From: Amphiscolops sp. MND2022
Taxonomy: Eukaryota
Length of the DNA: 64,000 bases
NCBI GenBank assembly: GCA_964187785.1
Contig: OZ076417.1
Span: forward strand, 48,174,001-48,238,000
Direction of reading: 5' to 3'
Part shown: positions 59,394 through 64,000 of the stretch, piece after piece
Position numbering within the stretch: the stretch's first letter is position 1
Layout of the letters: every line of letters begins with the position of its first letter
Made by a program: the position numbers and the translations under genes
The notes under the pieces: model-generated
Databases searched by the model: none
The model's input: the letters and a program-made list of their open reading frames with translations, nothing else
Told to the model about the DNA's origin: nothing

Positions 59394-62300
59394 ATGGTCA
59401 CGTGGCTCCGAATTCAGCGAAGCCTATCACGACGATCGTTGCTCAGCAACCGGAAACTCCATTTTATCATTCTTGCATTCTTCTTCGTTAGTTTGCCGTA
59501 CTTTCACTTTCGCCATCAAGATGGAGATAACTTCACTGCGATTGGTCGATCCTCTCAGTATCCTGACCAATGGGAGAGAGGAAAAGTTGACCCCTTTTTT
59601 GGACTCATTTTGGCTGGGAACGATGATAGCCCAGGTTGGACTCTTTTCAAGGTCCTTATTTTCCCATAGTTGAATAAGATTCATCATGAGATCTTACTTA
59701 ATACAGATGTCAAAATGGAGTTGACTTAAAAGGTCGAAGGCAATCACTTTTCGATAGGTTTCTTCGCATTGATCTCAATTCTACTATAATAATTTGGTAA
59801 GCAATGTGGAAAATATGCAAGTCATACAATGACCATACATGAGAACATCCCATTCATACAATGACAAAAAATGAAAACATTCAGTCATAGCCTGACCATA
59901 AAATGGTTTTTATGGCAACTAGTTTCCCTACATCTTTATTCAAACATTCTCATAAAGCTGAGTAAACTTCAAAAAAAAATATTACGGCAACTTCTTTTTC
60001 AAGTCAGATTTTGCTCAAAACATTGATTGTAACAGAAAAATATTTAAGGAGCAATATTCGGATTGTTAATTTTGGAATTCAACTGTATTGAGTTTTTGAA
60101 AATGAAACCATATAGGAAGTCAACAGAATCAAATTTTTTGAAAATGAAACCTTGAAAAATCTTTCTGAATGGATAACTGATTTTGATTCTCTCTAAGGAC
60201 AAAACGGCGAAGCAGTTATTCACGATCCTTCGGAAATTGAAGTTGCCGAGAGAAGATTCAAGCAGTTCAAATTTGATGTCATGGCCAGTGACAAGATCCC
60301 ATTGGACAGACGAGTTCGCGATCTCAGACTGAATTCATGCAAAGAGATCAAGTACGATGAAGACCTTCCGAAGGTTTCAGTGATCATAATCTTCTACAAC
60401 GAGGCACCCTCCGTTATTCTGAGAACGGTGGTCAGTGTATTGAACAGGAGCCCTGATAGTAAGTAATGATTCAAGCCCCGCTTCAAGATTAAATGTTGCA
60501 GGGTTCCACCGAAAGTGAGCCCAAAATTTTAGGCATATCGGCGGGTGATATGAAAGTAGTTTCTGAAAGAAGTTTCAGAGATCCAAAACAATTCAAAAAT
60601 TGACTCTTTAGGTTTCATTCGATTTTTTTTCAGAAAGTTTGAAAGAGTTTCGAAGAAGGAAGAAAATAACATTTGAGGGGCATTTATTTTCTTGCAGTTT
60701 TCTCCTAATAGTAAAACACTAACGTAATAAAAGTAGGACTTTTTGGATTCACGTATAGAGCTTTCAAAGTAAAAACCAAAAGGATTTTGAGAAGTTGGAA
60801 AATTTAAACAATTGAGTGTGATATCTGTTATCAAGAGAAAGGAAGAAATTAGGTAAGTTTTATCAGCAAATATTTGGACAAGAAATTCAAAAGCAATTAG
60901 GAGAAAAACTCATGTTTAGGATTAAAGATAGACTATGGTCTCCTGTCCAGGCAACTAAGCAACCATTGTCCCAGAACTGGCATGTGCTCCTTTTGCAGGA
61001 CCAGAGTTGCAATTGGGTCACTTTGTCAGACTCAAGACCCAAATGACCCATGGAGGTTCTGACCCATTACCCAATTGATCCATCTGAAACGTGATCCAAT
61101 GTGACCCATGTGATCCACTAGAAATATTCATGTTTTTACTTTAAAAAATTCAATGTCAAAAATTTTAGTTTTGAATTTCAATTTCCAAGTAACTTTTATA
61201 ATTCCCCAAATTTATCGAAATAGCTTCAGCAACCTCGGGTGTCATGCGGTTGCGTATTGGAGTTATGATATGACGTGCAGATACGCTGGCATTTCTATTC
61301 GAAGAATTTTATCAATTCCATTCTGACCCATTCTGCCCCTGGACTTTTTTAAACATTGACCCATGACCCAGTTGACGCAGTCAAAATAGTGACCGAAACG
61401 ACCCATTGACCCAGTGACCCAAGACCCATTTGCAACTCTGTGCTGGACGTTAACACTTCATTCACGTTTGTTTAATGATTCATATCACGTTCACAGAGTA
61501 TCTTCACGAAATCATCCTTGTGGATGATCACAGTGAATTGACGTCGCTGGAATATACCTTTCCCAAGGCCCTCAAACTGCTTTTCCCGCCAAAAGTGAAA
61601 CTCATACGCAACCGGAGACGAGAGGGTCTCATCAGGACTCGACTTGTGGGCGCAGCACAAGCTACAGGTATGAAATTTTGGTTGAAATTTCGAAGCCGAG
61701 AGGAGCTTGTTTCTCAAAGTCAGTGATTATTGCGCAAAACTTTTCCAGGAGAAGTCCTTTTGTTTCTTGACTCACATTGCGAAGTGGGGCCTGGATATTT
61801 AGAACCTCTCCTGCAGAGAATTAAAGAAGACTACCGAAACATTGCAATGCCTTCGCACGATGCCATCAACCCCAAAACGTTTGAATTTGTTGGATCCAAG
61901 TTCGTGAACAACAAAGGGTCATTCAATTGGGAACTCATTCAGACATGGAAACCTTTGCCGAAATCTACCGAAGAGAGTCCGTAAAAATCCTTTTTGCCCA
62001 AATATAAGTGATAACCTCGAAAAAGATCCATTTTTCTGCAAAAGAACAGATTTTTGTCAATCTTTTTGACAAAGAGTCATTAAAGATCTTGGTTCTTCGA
62101 AACAAAAGTTCCGATCAAAAACGTTCGCTCAAGTTATCCGCAACTCTGATTCTTTTTGTTTCTTTGTTTTTCCAGCTATTGGGTGTGTTCTCATCTTATG
62201 GTACGTGTCGATATATCCGACATCAGAAAAAAACTTGAATCGGCTTACTGGTCCGAAACCAGGTTGGCTGGTCGGTTTTGTTCACAATCTAATCATAGTA

Positions 62301-63480
62301 TGTTTTCGGTAAGCCCCCTTTAGAAGTGAAAAAGTGGATTCTTAAGTAAGCAGTGTTTTCCCACGAACCAACTAGCTGTTAAAAGTTCCACGTTTTGTGT
62401 TTTTTGTGCAATCCCTGTCTTGGAATTCATGTAAAACGCACACAAGTAGTCCGCACACACAGTGTCTTTCAATTTTTTTTTTGATATTTTTAGATGAAGC
62501 GAAACCTACAGTTTTGTTTGTATATTTCATGTGATACTTCGTTGATTATCATGAATCAAATTATGTTGTTGATAAAATTTCGTATCATTCTAAATTCGCA
62601 GCGCGTCAAAAAAGATGGGGAAAACTCATTTTTTATATCAGAATTGCAGTATTCATTTTCCATATAACATTTTTGTTGGTATAAGAAATATATTTTTCGT
62701 GGCAAAAAGGAAAATTTCTTCACAGACTTGTCAAAGCCCACGGATCCGGTGAAATCTCCGACGATGTCTGGTTGCATGTTTGCCATTTCTCGAAGATGGT
62801 GGGAACATTTGGGAAAATTCGATCCAGGATTTGAATTTTGGGGTGGGGAAAATTTAGAATTGTCCTTCAAAACATGGATGTGTGGTGGTAGACTGGAGCT
62901 GATCCCGTGTTCACATGTCGGTCACGTGTTTCGGAAGGGAGCTCTGGCACATGCCAGTCATGTTAGGAATTCTCTGGAAATCAACCAAAAAAGGGATGTC
63001 TTTGGTTTTCCCGCGCAGTATTTGTTTCCATAAAGTATGACTCGATTTTTTTTGTCGAATTTTGAGCTTTAACATGACCTATAGAAACTATCAACAGCTG
63101 ACTTGGCTTGATTGGGTTCCTTTGAAATTGTTTTGGATTGAGATTGAGAGTTCTCAAAACACTGTCTGTTGCATTGGTCAAGATCTGTTTTTTTTTCAAC
63201 AGGATTATAGTCTAAATATTTAAATTACAAAAGAAAAAGCTTTTTCATTTGTTTCCAATGTTTGTTTCTCAATTCCTTTGCGCGGAAAAATAAGTTTTCA
63301 TGGTACAGACTAGCCGAAGTTTGGATGGACGAGTACAAACAGCTTGTTTACCTACAAGTGCCAAAACTTGTGAATATTGACGCTGGGGATATTTCAGAAC
63401 GCAAATCCCTACGGGAGCGTCTCAAGTGCAAATCATTTGGATGGTTTTTAGCAACAATACACCCTGACAAAGCATGGATG
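59394..63480 (+). CDS. GALNT: Polypeptide N-acetylgalactosaminyltransferase (GT27); exons about 59394-59634, 60198-60458, 61497-61667, 61749-61976, 62726-62993 and 63309-63480; the 3' exons were not found in the window
   Basis: Type II signal anchor ([15 protein letters not shown]), [37 protein letters not shown] (DxH), [38 protein letters not shown] and [11 protein letters not shown]. Splice phases are consistent; the paralogue was not assigned. Confidence 0.93.
61002..61440. mobile_element. hAT-type MITE in GALNT intron 2
   Basis: 18-bp TIR CAGAGTTGCAA(T/A)TGGGTC with one mismatch; 8-bp TSD TGCAGGAC/TGCTGGAC; many internal GACCCA repeats. Confidence 0.9.
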
Positions 63481-64000
63481 TTGAAAGTTTAATTCGAAAG
63501 GGGAAAAGCGATTGGTTGTAAAATTACATAATGATCCGTATTGGACACCGTCGATAGGTTCCATGAGGATTGGATAGGGTCCTCAAAAGGGGATGTAACG
63601 AAGGAGTGTAAAAATGGTGTAAAAATTTTTTGCCGATGAAAGGCAATCAAACCAATATTTAATAACGGTCGAGTTTTGTTGATTTTACGACAGAGCGGCC
63701 ACAAATTTATATACCTGCGGTTCGATTCGCGGACTACTTTACACATGCGACATCCCCAAACTTCCATACATCTTCTGAAAACATCTATCAGATTTCAATT
63801 CCAAGATTTTGGAAGACAATGAATTATTCTTGTGGGTATCTTGGAAGATCTTTGAAGAAAATGCCAGAATCTTCAATATAATTTGGTAGAAATTGCCTGT
63901 AGCGTAGAGGTAACTTGGAAGATTATGCCTGAACCTTGAAAAACAAACAAGAAACTTTGAAAATGAGTTTGGAATATTTCAATCAAAAGATATGTACAGC

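Noticed and set aside
33840-63480. Functional link between the lectin-bearing receptor and the neighbouring O-glycosyltransferase
   Set aside because: They are 25 kb apart in an animal genome, where adjacency alone is weak evidence; nothing in the sequence supports co-regulation.

Overview
AT-rich eukaryotic (animal) genomic DNA with spliceosomal introns, mostly transposable elements; there are no prokaryotic operons or CRISPR arrays. An invertebrate source (acoel-like) is my impression only. The supplied ORF track allows GTG/TTG starts, so many of its short ORFs are antisense shadows. Two host genes can be assembled. The first is a polypeptide GalNAc-transferase (GALNT family, + strand, 59394 to >63480). 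The second, the main result, is a minus-strand gene I reconstructed from three widely separated exons (34763-33840, 16181-15527, 15286-12506). It encodes a class A-like 7TM receptor followed by an eighth hydrophobic helix and a six-cysteine C-type lectin-like domain, and its last exon is split by a recent solo LTR (TSD GTCCG) and carries one in-frame TGA. Mobile elements include: a young Ty3/Gypsy element with 2.5 kb LTRs, gag starting inside the LTR and a -1 frameshift signal; a large hAT-like DNA transposon with a spliced zinc-finger gene; nested and decayed Gypsy/Mag elements; a BEL/Pao element with a tandemly repeated primer-binding site; a Tc1 relic; DINE-1-like repeats; MITEs; and a tRNA-derived SINE.
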